From Candidatus Binatia bacterium (GTDB lineage: Bacteria; Desulfobacterota; Binatia; UBA9968; JAJDTQ01), in the NCBI GenBank assembly GCA_963666515.2, contig OY762897.2, positions 3,968,001 to 4,032,000 of the forward strand: a stretch of 64,000 nucleotides of DNA. Reading direction: 5' to 3'. Shown piece by piece: positions 1 through 10,039 of this stretch. The stretch's first letter is position 1, and each line of letters begins with the position of its first letter. The position numbers and the translations under genes were made by a program. The notes below the pieces were generated by a model. That model saw nothing but the letters and a program-made list of their open reading frames with translations, had not been told where the DNA came from and searched no databases.

Positions 1-404
1 TTCTGCTCGATCATCACCTTGAGGGCGGCCTTGCAGCAGAGGAAGATGGCCTTGAGGTTGACGTTGAGGACCTGGTCCCACTCATCCTCGGTGATCTCCT
101 GCACCTGGACCATGGGGCCGCGGAAGCCGACGCTGTTGACCAGGATGTCGAGCCGGCCCCATCGGGCCACCACGTCCGCCACCATGCGCTCGACTTGCGT
201 GAAGTCGGTGGCGTCGGCCGTCACGGCCGCGGCCTCGCCTCCCTTCTGTCGGATGGCCTGAACCACGCCGTCGAGTTCGGACTTGGTCCTCTCCAGGTCC
301 ACCAGGGCGATCTTCGCGCCCTCGCCCGCGAAGGTGTGGGCAATGGCCTCGCCGATGCCGCGGGCCCCGCCGACGATGACGGCCACTTGATCTGTCAGTT
401 TCAT
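1..404 (-). CDS. SDR family oxidoreductase (5' part; runs off the window)
   Basis: Manual translation from ATG at 404: MKLTDQVAVIVGGARGIGEAIAHTFAGEGAKIALVD, with a Rossmann GxxxGIG motif and LVNSVG; GGAGG RBS upstream. Not in the ORF track because it is truncated. Confidence 0.88.
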   Translation of the reverse strand, partial: MKLTDQVAVIVGGARGIGEAIAHTFAGEGAKIALVDLERTKSELDGVVQAIRQKGGEAAAVTADATDFTQVERMVADVVARWGRLDILVNSVGFRGPMVQVQEITEDEWDQVLNVNLKAIFLCCKAALKVMIEQ

Positions 405-427
405 GGTTCCTCCCAAAGACCCCGCCC

Positions 428-458
428 CCTGGATCCCGGCTTTCGCCGGAATGACGGT
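428..458. repeat. REP-like palindromic repeat (WIPAFAGMT/RHSGESRNP type), copy 1
   Basis: 30/31 identical to the reverse complement of 56264-56294; internal hairpin CCGGC-TTTC-GCCGG. Confidence 0.8.
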
Positions 459-580
459 GCGAGGGGTTCAGCGCTGCTTTCATACGAACGACGGGTTTGC
501 CGGGCTGACAGTATCAATCCATCCCGCCGCCATCAAGCCGCCCCTAGCGCGGTCACCACGTCACCCTGGCCGGGATGGCT

Positions 581-1564
581 TCAAGCCGCGCCGAGCGCCG
601 TCACCACGGCGATGACGCCGGCGACGGTGATGCCGGAGAAGATCGTGGTCCAGAACACCACGTCGCCGGTCAGCTCGGTGTCGCCGTCGAGCTCGATCGT
701 CAGGATCAGGGTGTTGACCGCGGTGGGGGCGGCGGCGCCGATGATGAGGTGGGCGCCTGGCCAGGGCCAGAGGCCGAAGGCGTAGACCGCGAGGCCGATG
801 AGCGCGGGCAGGGCCAGGAGCTTGATGCAGGCGACCGGCACCACCTCTCGCCAGCGGCGCCAGCGGGCGCCACGGGCAAGCTGCGCGCCCAGGGCCACGA
901 GCATCATGGGCACCAGGGCCGAGCCCAGAGAGCGCAGGGGAAAGGAGGCCCAGACCGGCAGGAAGTCAACGCCGTTGAAAGACCGCAGGCGGATCTCTCT
1001 CAGCACGAAGGAGGCCACCAGTGCGTAGATCATGGGGAGCCTGAAGATCCCCATGGCGTCCCAGGCGCGGCCGCCCTTGGCCACCGCCAGCACCATGTAG
1101 CCCAGGATCCAGATCAGCAGGTTGCTGAGCATCACCACCAGCGCCTGGAGCTGCAGGCCCGCTTCCGCATCCGGCTGGCCCCGGAAAAGCGTGCCGCCCT
1201 CGATGTAGAGCAGATGGGCGACCGGGACGCCGAAGTTGCCGGCATTGAAGACGATGCTGCTGAGGATGGCGGCGGCCACGGTCTCGTTGGGCATGCCGAC
1301 GGCGCGGCCGCCGGCGAACAGCAGCGCGCCCACGGCCCCCAGGACGATCAGGAAGACCAGGGTGATGAGCCAGATCTGGCCCCAGGGAATGTCGCTGTCG
1401 TAGATCTTGATGAGCACGAACGACGGCACCAGCAGCCACATGCTGACGCGCGCGAGAGTCTCCAGGCTCAGCGCGTGGTACCGATGGATCAGCGTGCCCA
1501 CGCCCACCGTGACCAGGAGCGGCAGCAGGATGTTGTAGAGGATCTGGCCGGTGTGGTGCAGCAT
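581..1564 (-). CDS. AEC (auxin efflux carrier) family transporter
   Basis: 327 aa, about 10 hydrophobic segments, N-A-G-N-F-G-V-P motif and C-terminal AAPTAVN motif. Confidence 0.85.
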   Translation of the reverse strand: MLHHTGQILYNILLPLLVTVGVGTLIHRYHALSLETLARVSMWLLVPSFVLIKIYDSDIPWGQIWLITLVFLIVLGAVGALLFAGGRAVGMPNETVAAAILSSIVFNAGNFGVPVAHLLYIEGGTLFRGQPDAEAGLQLQALVVMLSNLLIWILGYMVLAVAKGGRAWDAMGIFRLPMIYALVASFVLREIRLRSFNGVDFLPVWASFPLRSLGSALVPMMLVALGAQLARGARWRRWREVVPVACIKLLALPALIGLAVYAFGLWPWPGAHLIIGAAAPTAVNTLILTIELDGDTELTGDVVFWTTIFSGITVAGVIAVVTALGAA

Positions 1565-1670
1565 CAGTCGGAAAGCGGGAGCGACCGGCCTGCGCGGGAG
1601 GAAGAAACGGCGGCGCCTCGGGATTCCGAGGACCCCCGAGGCGCCGGATAGGGACTACGCGACTAAAGGA

Positions 1671-2162
1671 TTACCCCGCGGACTCCGCGAAGAACTTGCC
1701 GGGCATCTCGATAGGCGGCAGCGTCTTGTTCTCCTCCGAGTCGGAAGGGATCTCCTTGCCGTCCGGGCCGAGGCGCGCGTCGTCGCCCCGCGGGGGCTTG
1801 GCGTCGATGCCGCAGCCGATGCGCAGCACCACGAGGTTGCCGTCGCCGGTGTTGAGATAGCGGTAGTACGCGCCCTTGGGGATCATGATCCCCTGGTACT
1901 TGTCGATCTTCAGCTCGTTGCCCTTCTCGTCGAACACCGACATCTGCCCTTCCAGCACCACGAACGAATGGTCCTCGTCCAGGTGGCAGTGAACCGCGTT
2001 CTCGCCGCCCTCGGAGTTGATCTTGGTGTGGATCCACATGTTGTCGGTCTTGGCCACGAGCTGCGTGACCCGGCCCTGCTGCATGTAGGGGGTCTTCAGC
2101 GAGTACCTGTAGGCCTTGGGGTGCTCCTCGACTACTTCTTGCTTCTCGGCGAGTGCTTCCAT
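1671..2162 (-). CDS. Cupin domain protein
   Basis: HCH..EDH..VLEG...IPKG cupin motifs; AAGGAG RBS before the MEALAEK start. Confidence 0.8.
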   Translation of the reverse strand: MEALAEKQEVVEEHPKAYRYSLKTPYMQQGRVTQLVAKTDNMWIHTKINSEGGENAVHCHLDEDHSFVVLEGQMSVFDEKGNELKIDKYQGIMIPKGAYYRYLNTGDGNLVVLRIGCGIDAKPPRGDDARLGPDGKEIPSDSEENKTLPPIEMPGKFFAESAG

Positions 2163-2240
2163 GGTGATCTCCTTTCCGAACTTTCCTGTTCTTTCCGTCA
2201 ATGATGATGGCCCGCCCGGGCGGACTCGGACGCCTTTCTC

Positions 2241-3302
2241 TCAGGCGTTGATACCCTCCAGCTTGAGGTCGTAGAGCCGCAGCACGTTCTCGCGCACGAC
2301 CTTGCGGAAGATGTCCTTCGGCAAATGCCCCAGCTCGTCGGCGATGACCTGGCGGGAGTGCGGCCAGGTGGACGCCGCGTGCGGATAATCACTGGACCAC
2401 ATGCAGGTCTCGCTGCCCCACCAGTCCAGCAGGCGGCCGCCCGTGGGGTCGCTGAAGAAGGTGGCGTAGAACTGCTCGTTGCAGTACTCGCTGGGGAGCT
2501 TCTTCATGTGCGGCAGCGGCGCCCGGGTGGCGTGGCGCTTGAAGTACTTGTCCCACTCGTGGAGGTAGAACGGGATCCACGAGATCTCGTTCTCCACGTA
2601 GACGAACTTGAGGTCCGGGTAGTTGGACATGGGGCCGCCGAAGACCAGGTCGAACAGCGTGTTGGCGGCGTCCGCCAGCTTCTGGTTCACGGTCATGCGG
2701 TAGATGTCCAGCCCGTGGCGCTCGTAGCGGCTGTAGTTGAAGCCCGTCAGGATGTGCAGGTTCACGGGCATCTGGAGATCCTGGGCCGCCTCCCAGAACG
2801 GGTTGTAGTGGTCGCTGGTGAAGGGGAGGTGCTCCGGCGGCACCTGCCAGATCAGGACGCCCACCAGCCCGGCCTTCTTGCAGCGCTCCATTTCCCTGAT
2901 GGCGTTGTCGATGTTGTAGAGCGAGACCGACGGCACGCCCACCAGCTTGTCGGGGTGCACCTTGCAGTAGTCGATGAGCCAGTCGTTGGCGATCTCGAAG
3001 CAGGCCTCCTGAAGCTCCGCGTCCTCCAGGGCGAACAGACGCAGCCCCAGGGTCGGGTAAAGCACCTCCGCGGACACCCGGTCCACCGCCATCTCGTCGA
3101 CCCGCGCCTGCGGGTCGTAGCCGCCCGGCTTCTCGCCGATGGCGTTGCGCGGCGGAAACTCGGGATATTTCCCCTTGAAACTCGCCGGCAGGTTGTTCAC
3201 CCAAAGGTCCGTGGGCTCCATGATGTGGGAGTCCGCGGAAACGATGATCTCCTCGGCCAGGTCCTGTTCGGTGTTCGTGGCGGTCGGCATGCTTACACTC
3301 AA
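2241..3302 (-). CDS. Amidohydrolase family protein (Amidohydro_2)
   Basis: SADSH, VNLH and WSSDYPH motifs; GAGGAGG RBS before the TTG start. Confidence 0.88.
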   Translation of the reverse strand: MSVSMPTATNTEQDLAEEIIVSADSHIMEPTDLWVNNLPASFKGKYPEFPPRNAIGEKPGGYDPQARVDEMAVDRVSAEVLYPTLGLRLFALEDAELQEACFEIANDWLIDYCKVHPDKLVGVPSVSLYNIDNAIREMERCKKAGLVGVLIWQVPPEHLPFTSDHYNPFWEAAQDLQMPVNLHILTGFNYSRYERHGLDIYRMTVNQKLADAANTLFDLVFGGPMSNYPDLKFVYVENEISWIPFYLHEWDKYFKRHATRAPLPHMKKLPSEYCNEQFYATFFSDPTGGRLLDWWGSETCMWSSDYPHAASTWPHSRQVIADELGHLPKDIFRKVVRENVLRLYDLKLEGINA

Positions 3303-3474
3303 GTTGCGTTCCTCCTCTTTCCCTTGTTGGTTCAGGTACTTCTTATGCCTTTTGGGGCCACTTTGTCCACCGCTTGAGCGGGCCGGTGCACTCGCGGGTC
3401 CAGTGTGTTATGCAGGACTCCTGCACCCGCGGCGGGCGCGCACCCGCCGCCAAATTCACCATCGGAGGCACTTC

Positions 3475-4431
3475 ATGACGACCATGATCACGGGCGCGGG
3501 GCTGGTGGGCTCCCAGATCGCGCGCATCCTCGTGCAGCAGGGCGAAAAGCCCGTCCTTTTCGACATCGCACCCAATCTCACCGCGCTGGCGGACGTGGCG
3601 GGGGACGTGAATGCGGTCACCCTGTTCCGCGGCGACCTGTTGAACCCCTTCGACCTGGGCAAGGTCATCAACGAGCACGGCGTCACCCGCATCATCCACA
3701 CCGCCGCCTACCCCAACCTCGGCACCGGCGCCCAGGAGAACCCCTACGGCGCCATCCAGGTGAACATCATGGGCACCGCCAACGTGCTGGAGGCGGCGCG
3801 GCTCCACGGCGCCGGGCGGGTGGTGATGATCAGCACCGCGGCCGTGGCCCGGGGTATCGCCGGCGGCGAAGACAACGGTGACCAGAGCAAGGAAGAGGCG
3901 CTGCCGCGTCCCAGCTCCTTCTACTCCGCCACCAAGTGGGCCGGCGAGAACCTGGGCTACAACTACGCGCGCTCCCACGGCGTCGACTTCCGCGCCGTGC
4001 GCTTCCCCAACGTGTGCGGCCCCTGGATCCCCGGCGGCGGCGGACGCCCCAGCGCCATGTTCCGCACCCTGGTGGAGAAGTCGGTGGACGGCGTCGAGCA
4101 CACCGTCCCGCCCGGCGTCATGGAGTGGCTCTACTCCAAGGACGCCGCCCGCGGCGTGGTCCTGGCCCTCCAGGCCGAGGGCGTCAAGAGCCGCGTCTTC
4201 AACTTGGGCGTCGGCCGCCCCTACGACAACCAGGAACTCATCGACATCTTCAAGCAGGTGGTGCCCGGAGCCAAGCTCGGCATCGACGCAAGCGCCACCA
4301 CTTCGCAGACCTCCTCGGTGTTCCTGGACATCACGCGGGCGCAAACCGAGCTGGGTTTCGACGCCGAGTACGACATCCCCGCGGCGGTCACGGACTTCGT
4401 AGGGTGGTACCGGCGGCTAAGGGCTCGATGA
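3475..4431 (+). CDS. NAD-dependent epimerase/dehydratase
   Basis: TGAGLVG nucleotide-binding motif, YSATK catalytic motif; GGAGG RBS before ATG 3475. Confidence 0.88.
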   Translation: MTTMITGAGLVGSQIARILVQQGEKPVLFDIAPNLTALADVAGDVNAVTLFRGDLLNPFDLGKVINEHGVTRIIHTAAYPNLGTGAQENPYGAIQVNIMGTANVLEAARLHGAGRVVMISTAAVARGIAGGEDNGDQSKEEALPRPSSFYSATKWAGENLGYNYARSHGVDFRAVRFPNVCGPWIPGGGGRPSAMFRTLVEKSVDGVEHTVPPGVMEWLYSKDAARGVVLALQAEGVKSRVFNLGVGRPYDNQELIDIFKQVVPGAKLGIDASATTSQTSSVFLDITRAQTELGFDAEYDIPAAVTDFVGWYRRLRAR

Positions 4432-4433
4432 TC

Positions 4434-4460
4434 TGCAGGGGATGGGTTTCAAACCCGCCC
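4434..4460. repeat. GTAG-family-like REP hairpin
   Basis: TGCAGGGGATGGGTTTCAAACCCGCCC short intergenic stem-loop; a related hairpin lies at 53692-53716. Confidence 0.45.
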
Positions 4461-4497
4461 GCCTGCCGGGCACCGCGTGAAGAAAGAGGACAACGCC

Positions 4498-5382
4498 ATG
4501 TCTGACACCACCGACTACGCACCTCCCAAAGTCTGGAAGTGGGAACGCGAGAACGGCGGCCGGTTCGCCAACATCAACCGGCCCGTCTCCGGCGCCACCC
4601 ATGAGAAGGAGCTGCCGCGCGGCAGGCATCCGCTCCAGCTCTACTCGCTCGGCACCCCCAATGGCGTCAAGGTGACGATCATGCTGGAGGAGCTGCTGGC
4701 CACCGGACACGGCGGCGCGGAGTACGACGCCTGGGTCATCAACATCCGCGAGGGCGACCAGTTCGGCTCCGGGTTCGTGGCCATCAATCCCAACTCCAAG
4801 ATCCCGGCGCTGGTGGACTACTCCACGCCCACGCCCACGCCCACGCGTGTGTTCGAGTCGGGCTCGATCCTCCTCTACCTGGCGGACAAGTTCGGCGCCT
4901 TCGTCCCGCAGGACCCGTCGGGCCGCGCCGAGTGCCTGTCCTGGCTGTTCTGGCAGATGGGCTCCGCCCCCTATCTCGGCGGCGGCTTCGGCCATTTCTA
5001 CGCCTACGCCCCCTACAAGATGGAATACCCCATCGACCGCTTCACCATGGAGGTGAAGCGCCAGCTCGACGTCCTCGACAAGCGGCTGGCCGGGAACCGC
5101 TACCTGGCCGGCGACGCCTATACCATCGCCGACATGGCCGTCTGGCCGTGGTACGGGGTGCTCACGATGGCGGACAGCCTTTACGGCGCCGCCGAGTTCC
5201 TCGACTCGCAATCGTACAAGAACGTGTTGCGCTGGCGTGACGAGATCGCGACGCGAGCCGCGGTGAAACGCGGACGCATCGTCAACAAGACCAGCGGCCC
5301 CCTCGACCAGCAACTCCGCGAGCGCCACGACGCCTCCGACTTCGAGCTGCGGACGCAGGACAAGATCGAGGCGGCGGAGTAG
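4498..5382 (+). CDS. yghU: Glutathione-dependent disulfide-bond oxidoreductase (Nu-class GST)
   Basis: YAPPKVWKW, LYSLGTPNGVKV, NPNSKIPAL, FESGSIL and LRERHDASDF are characteristic of YghU. Confidence 0.92.
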   Translation: MSDTTDYAPPKVWKWERENGGRFANINRPVSGATHEKELPRGRHPLQLYSLGTPNGVKVTIMLEELLATGHGGAEYDAWVINIREGDQFGSGFVAINPNSKIPALVDYSTPTPTPTRVFESGSILLYLADKFGAFVPQDPSGRAECLSWLFWQMGSAPYLGGGFGHFYAYAPYKMEYPIDRFTMEVKRQLDVLDKRLAGNRYLAGDAYTIADMAVWPWYGVLTMADSLYGAAEFLDSQSYKNVLRWRDEIATRAAVKRGRIVNKTSGPLDQQLRERHDASDFELRTQDKIEAAE

Positions 5383-5486
5383 CACACCGGGGTCCGGCGA
5401 GTATTTCCATAGCGCGACGGCCAGGACCTTGCTCGTCGCGTGCTCAGGTCGGGTGGAGCCCCCTGGAACTCTCAAGTAAAGAGGAA

Positions 5487-6806
5487 ATGGCGGGTGTCGC
5501 AGACTCCGCTGCCGACGTGCATCAGGAATCGCCCGTCCCCTGGCGCCGGCTCTTCGCCGTATTCTGGCGTATCGGCATCCTGTCCTTCGGCGGCCCGGCG
5601 GCGCAGATAGCGCTCATGCACCGGGTCCTGGTGGAGGAGGAACGGTGGCTCGACGAGCCAAGGTTTCTGGGCGCCCTCAGCTTCTGCATGTTGCTGCCCG
5701 GCCCAGAGGCCATGCAGCTCGCCACCTACTCGGGGTGGCAGCTTCGCGGCGTGCCCGGCGGGTTGCTGGCGGGCCTCCTGTTCGTGGTACCCGGCGCTCT
5801 GGTGGTGCTCGGGCTGGCGATGCTCTACGCGGCCGGAGGTCACCTGCCGCTGGTGGCCGCGCTGTTCCTGGGGATCAAGGGCGCGGTCCTGGTCATCGTC
5901 ATCGAGGCCCTGCTGCGGGTGGCGAACAGGGCGCTGCATTCAGCCGTGCACTGGATCGTCGCGGGCCTGGCCTTCGTGGGAATCTTCTTCCTGTCGGTCC
6001 CGTTCCCGATCATCATCCTGGTAGCCGGTCTGACCGGATTTTGCCTGCTCGGCGGCCGGAGCGCCGGAACGACCGGAACCGGGCGGGGCGGCGGCTCGAT
6101 GTCCGGCACGGCGAGGACAATCACCTTGTGGCTGGCCGTCTGGTGGACGCCGGTGCTGCTGCTCATGGCCCTGGGCGGCTACGACATCCTGGTGCAGCTC
6201 GGCAATTTCTTCTCCCGCCTCGCGGTGGTCACCTTCGGCGGCGCCTACGCGGTGCTGGCCTACTTGGCACAGGACGTGGTCACCCATCACGGCTGGTTGA
6301 CGGCCGGTGAGATGATGGACGGCCTGGGGCTTGCGGAAACAACCCCGGGGCCGCTGATCCTGGTCACGGAATTCGTTGGCTACATCGCCGCCTACCGGGC
6401 GGGCGGGTTGGGCATGGGCATCGCCGGCGCGCTGGTCACCCTCTGGGTCACGTTCGCCCCCTGCTTCCTGTGGATTTTTGCCGGCGCGCCCTACATCGAG
6501 CAGCTCACGGCCCAGCCGCGCCTCAAGGGCGCCCTGGAGGCCATCACGGCCGCGGTGGTGGGCGTCATACTCAACCTCTCCATCTGGTTCAGCCTGCACG
6601 TCCTGTTCGCCGAACTGTCGTCCCACCAAAGCGGCCCGCTCAAGCTCCTGGTGCCGGACTGGCACTCCCTGGACTGGCGGGTCCTGGCGGTCGGCGCCGT
6701 CAGCGCGATCATGCTCCTCTGGCGGCGCCAGTCCCTCATGAGAACCCTGGCCGTCGCGGCCCTGATGGGCCTGGGCTTCGGTGCAATGGGTTACTTCGCC
6801 GGATGA
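5487..6806 (+). CDS. chrA: Chromate efflux transporter
   Basis: Two CHR halves: SFGGPAAQIA...LLPGPEA and TFGGAYAV...TTPGPLI. Confidence 0.92.
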   Translation: MAGVADSAADVHQESPVPWRRLFAVFWRIGILSFGGPAAQIALMHRVLVEEERWLDEPRFLGALSFCMLLPGPEAMQLATYSGWQLRGVPGGLLAGLLFVVPGALVVLGLAMLYAAGGHLPLVAALFLGIKGAVLVIVIEALLRVANRALHSAVHWIVAGLAFVGIFFLSVPFPIIILVAGLTGFCLLGGRSAGTTGTGRGGGSMSGTARTITLWLAVWWTPVLLLMALGGYDILVQLGNFFSRLAVVTFGGAYAVLAYLAQDVVTHHGWLTAGEMMDGLGLAETTPGPLILVTEFVGYIAAYRAGGLGMGIAGALVTLWVTFAPCFLWIFAGAPYIEQLTAQPRLKGALEAITAAVVGVILNLSIWFSLHVLFAELSSHQSGPLKLLVPDWHSLDWRVLAVGAVSAIMLLWRRQSLMRTLAVAALMGLGFGAMGYFAG

Positions 6807-6945
6807 TGGAAATTTGCTGTGCAGCAAATATATGCCTTACGCTGAATAATAGACGGCTGGGTTAAGCTTCCAGCATTCCCCCAATCCAGCGGTTGTAGCT
6901 GTGGCACAGCAGTTCAGAGGCTCAGGACAAACTCGTGAGCCTTGG

Positions 6946-7338
6946 TCATTTGAAATCGCATTTGCACAGTACGTCTCGTCCAAGCAGTGCATCAAAAGCG
7001 GAGGTCTTTGCCAACTCGACAAGCCGGATCTCAGAGGCAACGTAACTCTGACCGTGGGGTTCCTCAAAGTACAACACGACATCTCCATCATACCAATTCG
7101 TGGGTTGAGTCCCATGTATGGATTGGACTGGCCATTTCCCCCGGATAGGCAACCCCACGCGCTCAGCAATTGTTGCCTTGATGCTGGTTCTGGACGCACC
7201 TGTGTCCAACAGGGCCTTGACCTTGACGATATAGGGCACAGGTCCCGTCTGCTGAGACGGGAAGGAATTGGGCTTGGCTATCCCGATCCTTACGATGATA
7301 CCGGTGAGCGGATCGAAGCTCCCCCTAAGGGACGACAT
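6946..7338 (-). CDS. Retropepsin-like aspartyl protease (C-terminus possibly frameshifted)
   Basis: ALLDTGASRT and LLGRDVL motifs; lower GC than the flanking genes. Confidence 0.78.
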   Translation of the reverse strand: MSSLRGSFDPLTGIIVRIGIAKPNSFPSQQTGPVPYIVKVKALLDTGASRTSIKATIAERVGLPIRGKWPVQSIHGTQPTNWYDGDVVLYFEEPHGQSYVASEIRLVELAKTSAFDALLGRDVLCKCDFK

Positions 7339-7594
7339 GCGAGAACCATCCAAGATCTACCGCCTCATCGGTTACCTCTTGGACGGAGAACAGGCCGTCG
7401 TCAAAGGTGCGTTCACCATGTTGTGCGGCTTCTCTCGCGCTGGAGAAGAACTCTATGATCTCCTCGTCTCGTAGAAGAGCAAATTGACCAGGATTGGTCT
7501 TGAGGAGTTCAGGGAGTCGTTTGCTGAAGGCTTCGTAGTTAGCGTCTACCGTTTCCTGAATTTTAGCGCGGGCAGGACCCTCGGACTTGGCCAT
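7325..7594 (-). CDS. Small hypothetical protein (DUF5678-like) overlapping the aspartyl protease
   Basis: NYEAF..LPELL...GQFALLRDEEIIEFF pattern; GGAGG RBS; overlaps the protease start. Confidence 0.65.
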   Translation of the reverse strand: MAKSEGPARAKIQETVDANYEAFSKRLPELLKTNPGQFALLRDEEIIEFFSSAREAAQHGERTFDDGLFSVQEVTDEAVDLGWFSHVVP

Positions 7595-7796
7595 GGCAAC
7601 CTCCATACGTTGGTACGTGCCTACCCCGATACGGCACGTAACTCTCCATACTCGGCGGTTGCCACCTGACCTTTAGTACTCGGTGGTATTTTTCAAAGTC
7701 AAGGGGTGGTTTACAAGATATTGTTTTTTATGGCGTCAAAAACCGCTCTGGACCAGACCATCCCCGAGGCAACGCCCTTCCACGCCGACGCCCATC

Positions 7797-8828
7797 TCAC
7801 AGGTTGTACAGCGCCCGCGCGTTCCCCCCGCAGATCTTGGCCGCGACCTCCGGGCTCAGCCGCGGGTCGTTGGCGACGCCGTCGATGGCCAGCAGTTCCG
7901 TGGCGCTGTCGGCGTGGCCGTAGTCGGTGCCGACCACCAGGTGGTCTTCCCCGGCGTTCTCGATGATGTACGGAAGGTCGTCGGTGGTCTCGCACCCGAC
8001 CCATATCCGGGTCTTTGCCAGCATCTCGTTCCGGTTGTGCCCCTGCTCCTTTACGTAGGGGCGTTTGTACAGGTCGGTCAGCGCGTAGGGCAGCCACTGC
8101 GCGCTGACCTCCAGGAACCCCATCTTGAGCTGCGGGAATCGCTCGGGGATGCCGCCGGCGACGATGGTGTGGAACGCCCCCACCACCACCAGCTTGAACT
8201 TCGAGAAGGCCACGGGTTCGTACTTGTAGTAGTCGTGCAGCACGGAGCTGCCGTTGGAGGCGTGGATGCACACCGGCATGTCCAGCCTGCCGGCGGCGTC
8301 GTACACCGGATAGAAGAAGGGATCGTTCAGCAGCCGCTCGCCCTCGGAGCCGCGCATGTAGATGCCCACCGCGCCGTTCTCCTTGGCCAGCCGGGCTTCC
8401 TCGTGCACCTGTTCCGGGCTGAGGAGCGGCACCACCGCCACCCAGCGCAGGCGGTTGTCGGACTGCTTCCAGCACTCGCCCATCCAGCGGTTGTAGCTGC
8501 GGCACAGCGCCAGCTCGATCTCGGGCCGGGGCGTCAGCGGGATGATGAAGATGGTGGGGAAGATCACCTGGATGTCCACCTTCAACTCGTCCATGTGCCT
8601 GAGCCGCGCGGACACGTCGCGCAGTTCCCGGGACTCCAGCGGCGTGTCCTTGCCCACGTTGCGGGACTTGAGCCGCAACGTGCCGTCCACCAGCCAGTAC
8701 TGGTCCCCGGACCCGGAGCCGTTGGTGGAGCCGACGACCTCGGGCCGGTACTTGCGGTCGGCGCCGTCCATGAATTCCCAGGTCTCCTCGGTTTCGAGCA
8801 CGTGTGCGTCTGCGTCGATTCTGAGCAT
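7797..8828 (-). CDS. Amidohydrolase family protein
   Basis: IDADAH, VCIH and VGTDYGH motifs. Confidence 0.88.
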   Translation of the reverse strand: MLRIDADAHVLETEETWEFMDGADRKYRPEVVGSTNGSGSGDQYWLVDGTLRLKSRNVGKDTPLESRELRDVSARLRHMDELKVDIQVIFPTIFIIPLTPRPEIELALCRSYNRWMGECWKQSDNRLRWVAVVPLLSPEQVHEEARLAKENGAVGIYMRGSEGERLLNDPFFYPVYDAAGRLDMPVCIHASNGSSVLHDYYKYEPVAFSKFKLVVVGAFHTIVAGGIPERFPQLKMGFLEVSAQWLPYALTDLYKRPYVKEQGHNRNEMLAKTRIWVGCETTDDLPYIIENAGEDHLVVGTDYGHADSATELLAIDGVANDPRLSPEVAAKICGGNARALYNL

Positions 8829-8982
8829 GTCGAGGCTCCCTTCGCGCTTGAGGCTGCGGGTCAATGAATGCCTGCGGTTTAACACCGGCGTCGATACGGC
8901 GTCAACGCCGACATACGCGCATTCGACAAGGCGCGCGGCAACTGGTATGGAAGTCGCGGAATCGCGAACGGAGACGAATATC

Positions 8983-10029
8983 ATGACCCGACCATTCCCG
9001 CTCTTGAAGGGTGTCCTGGGCGCGGCGCTCCTGCTGTTCACGGCTCGCGCCGCCACGGTCTTCGCCGCCACCGTTTTCGCCGCCACGGTCTTCACCGCCA
9101 CGCTCGGCGCCGCCGCCGCGGAGGCCGCCTCCCTCAAGGTCGCCCACTCCACCTGGGTCGGGTTCGGCCCGTTCTACGTTGCCAGGGAGAAGGGCTTCTT
9201 TGCCGCGGAGGGGCTCGACGTGGAGCTGATCGTCATGGAGGACGTGAAGACGCGGCTGCCGGCCCTGGCCGCGGGGAGGGTCGACGTCACTACGACCACG
9301 GTGGACACGGTGCTCAACTTCTACTCCGCGCGGCGGCCCTTCCGCTACCTGTTCGCCATCGACGACAGCAAGGGGGGAGACGGCATCGTCGCCGACAAGG
9401 ACATCCGCGCCGTCGCCGACCTCAAGGGAAAGAAGGTCGCCTTCAGCGAGGGGTCGGTGTCGCAGTTCTACCTGAGCGTCCTCCTGAAGGAGAACGGCCT
9501 GTCACTGGCCGACGTCGAGATGGTCAACATGGACGCGGGCTCGGCCGGCGCCGCGTTCGTGGCCAGGCGCGTGCAGGCGGCCGTGACCTGGGAGCCCTGG
9601 CTCACCCGCGGCCGGCAGGCCGCGCACGGCCACGTCCTGGTGGACAGCTCCTCGTCTCCCGGACTGATCACCGACGTCGTCCTCACGACCGAGGCAACGC
9701 TCAAGGCGCGGGCGGCGGATCTGCGGGCGTTCTACCGCGCCTGGGTCAGGGCCGTGGAGTGGCGGAAGGCCAACGAGGCCGAGGCGGACGCCATCATGGC
9801 CCGGGGCGTCGGCGGCTGGCTCAGGAAGCCGGAGGTCTTCAAGCAGACCCGCGCCGGCGTCGCCTACTATGACGACGCCATGAACCGGGCTTTCATCGGC
9901 ACGGCCGGGAAGCCGGGCGCGATCACCCGGACCATCGGCAACGCCCTCGTCCTGGGGCGGGAAGCCGGCCTGTTCGACCACGACCTGAAGCCCGCTTCCC
10001 TCATCGCGTTCGAGATCGTCAACCCGTGA
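8983..10029 (+). CDS. ABC transporter substrate-binding protein (SsuA/NMT1/THI5-like)
   Basis: Signal peptide, WVGFGPFYVAREKGFF, DLKGKKVA, TWEPWL; first gene of the ABC operon. Confidence 0.87.
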   Translation: MTRPFPLLKGVLGAALLLFTARAATVFAATVFAATVFTATLGAAAAEAASLKVAHSTWVGFGPFYVAREKGFFAAEGLDVELIVMEDVKTRLPALAAGRVDVTTTTVDTVLNFYSARRPFRYLFAIDDSKGGDGIVADKDIRAVADLKGKKVAFSEGSVSQFYLSVLLKENGLSLADVEMVNMDAGSAGAAFVARRVQAAVTWEPWLTRGRQAAHGHVLVDSSSSPGLITDVVLTTEATLKARAADLRAFYRAWVRAVEWRKANEAEADAIMARGVGGWLRKPEVFKQTRAGVAYYDDAMNRAFIGTAGKPGAITRTIGNALVLGREAGLFDHDLKPASLIAFEIVNP

Positions 10030-10039
10030 GCCTCGCCGG

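Noticed and set aside
4823-4846. (CCACGC)4 microsatellite in yghU
   Set aside because: In-frame TP repeat in a variable loop; cannot cause phase variation.
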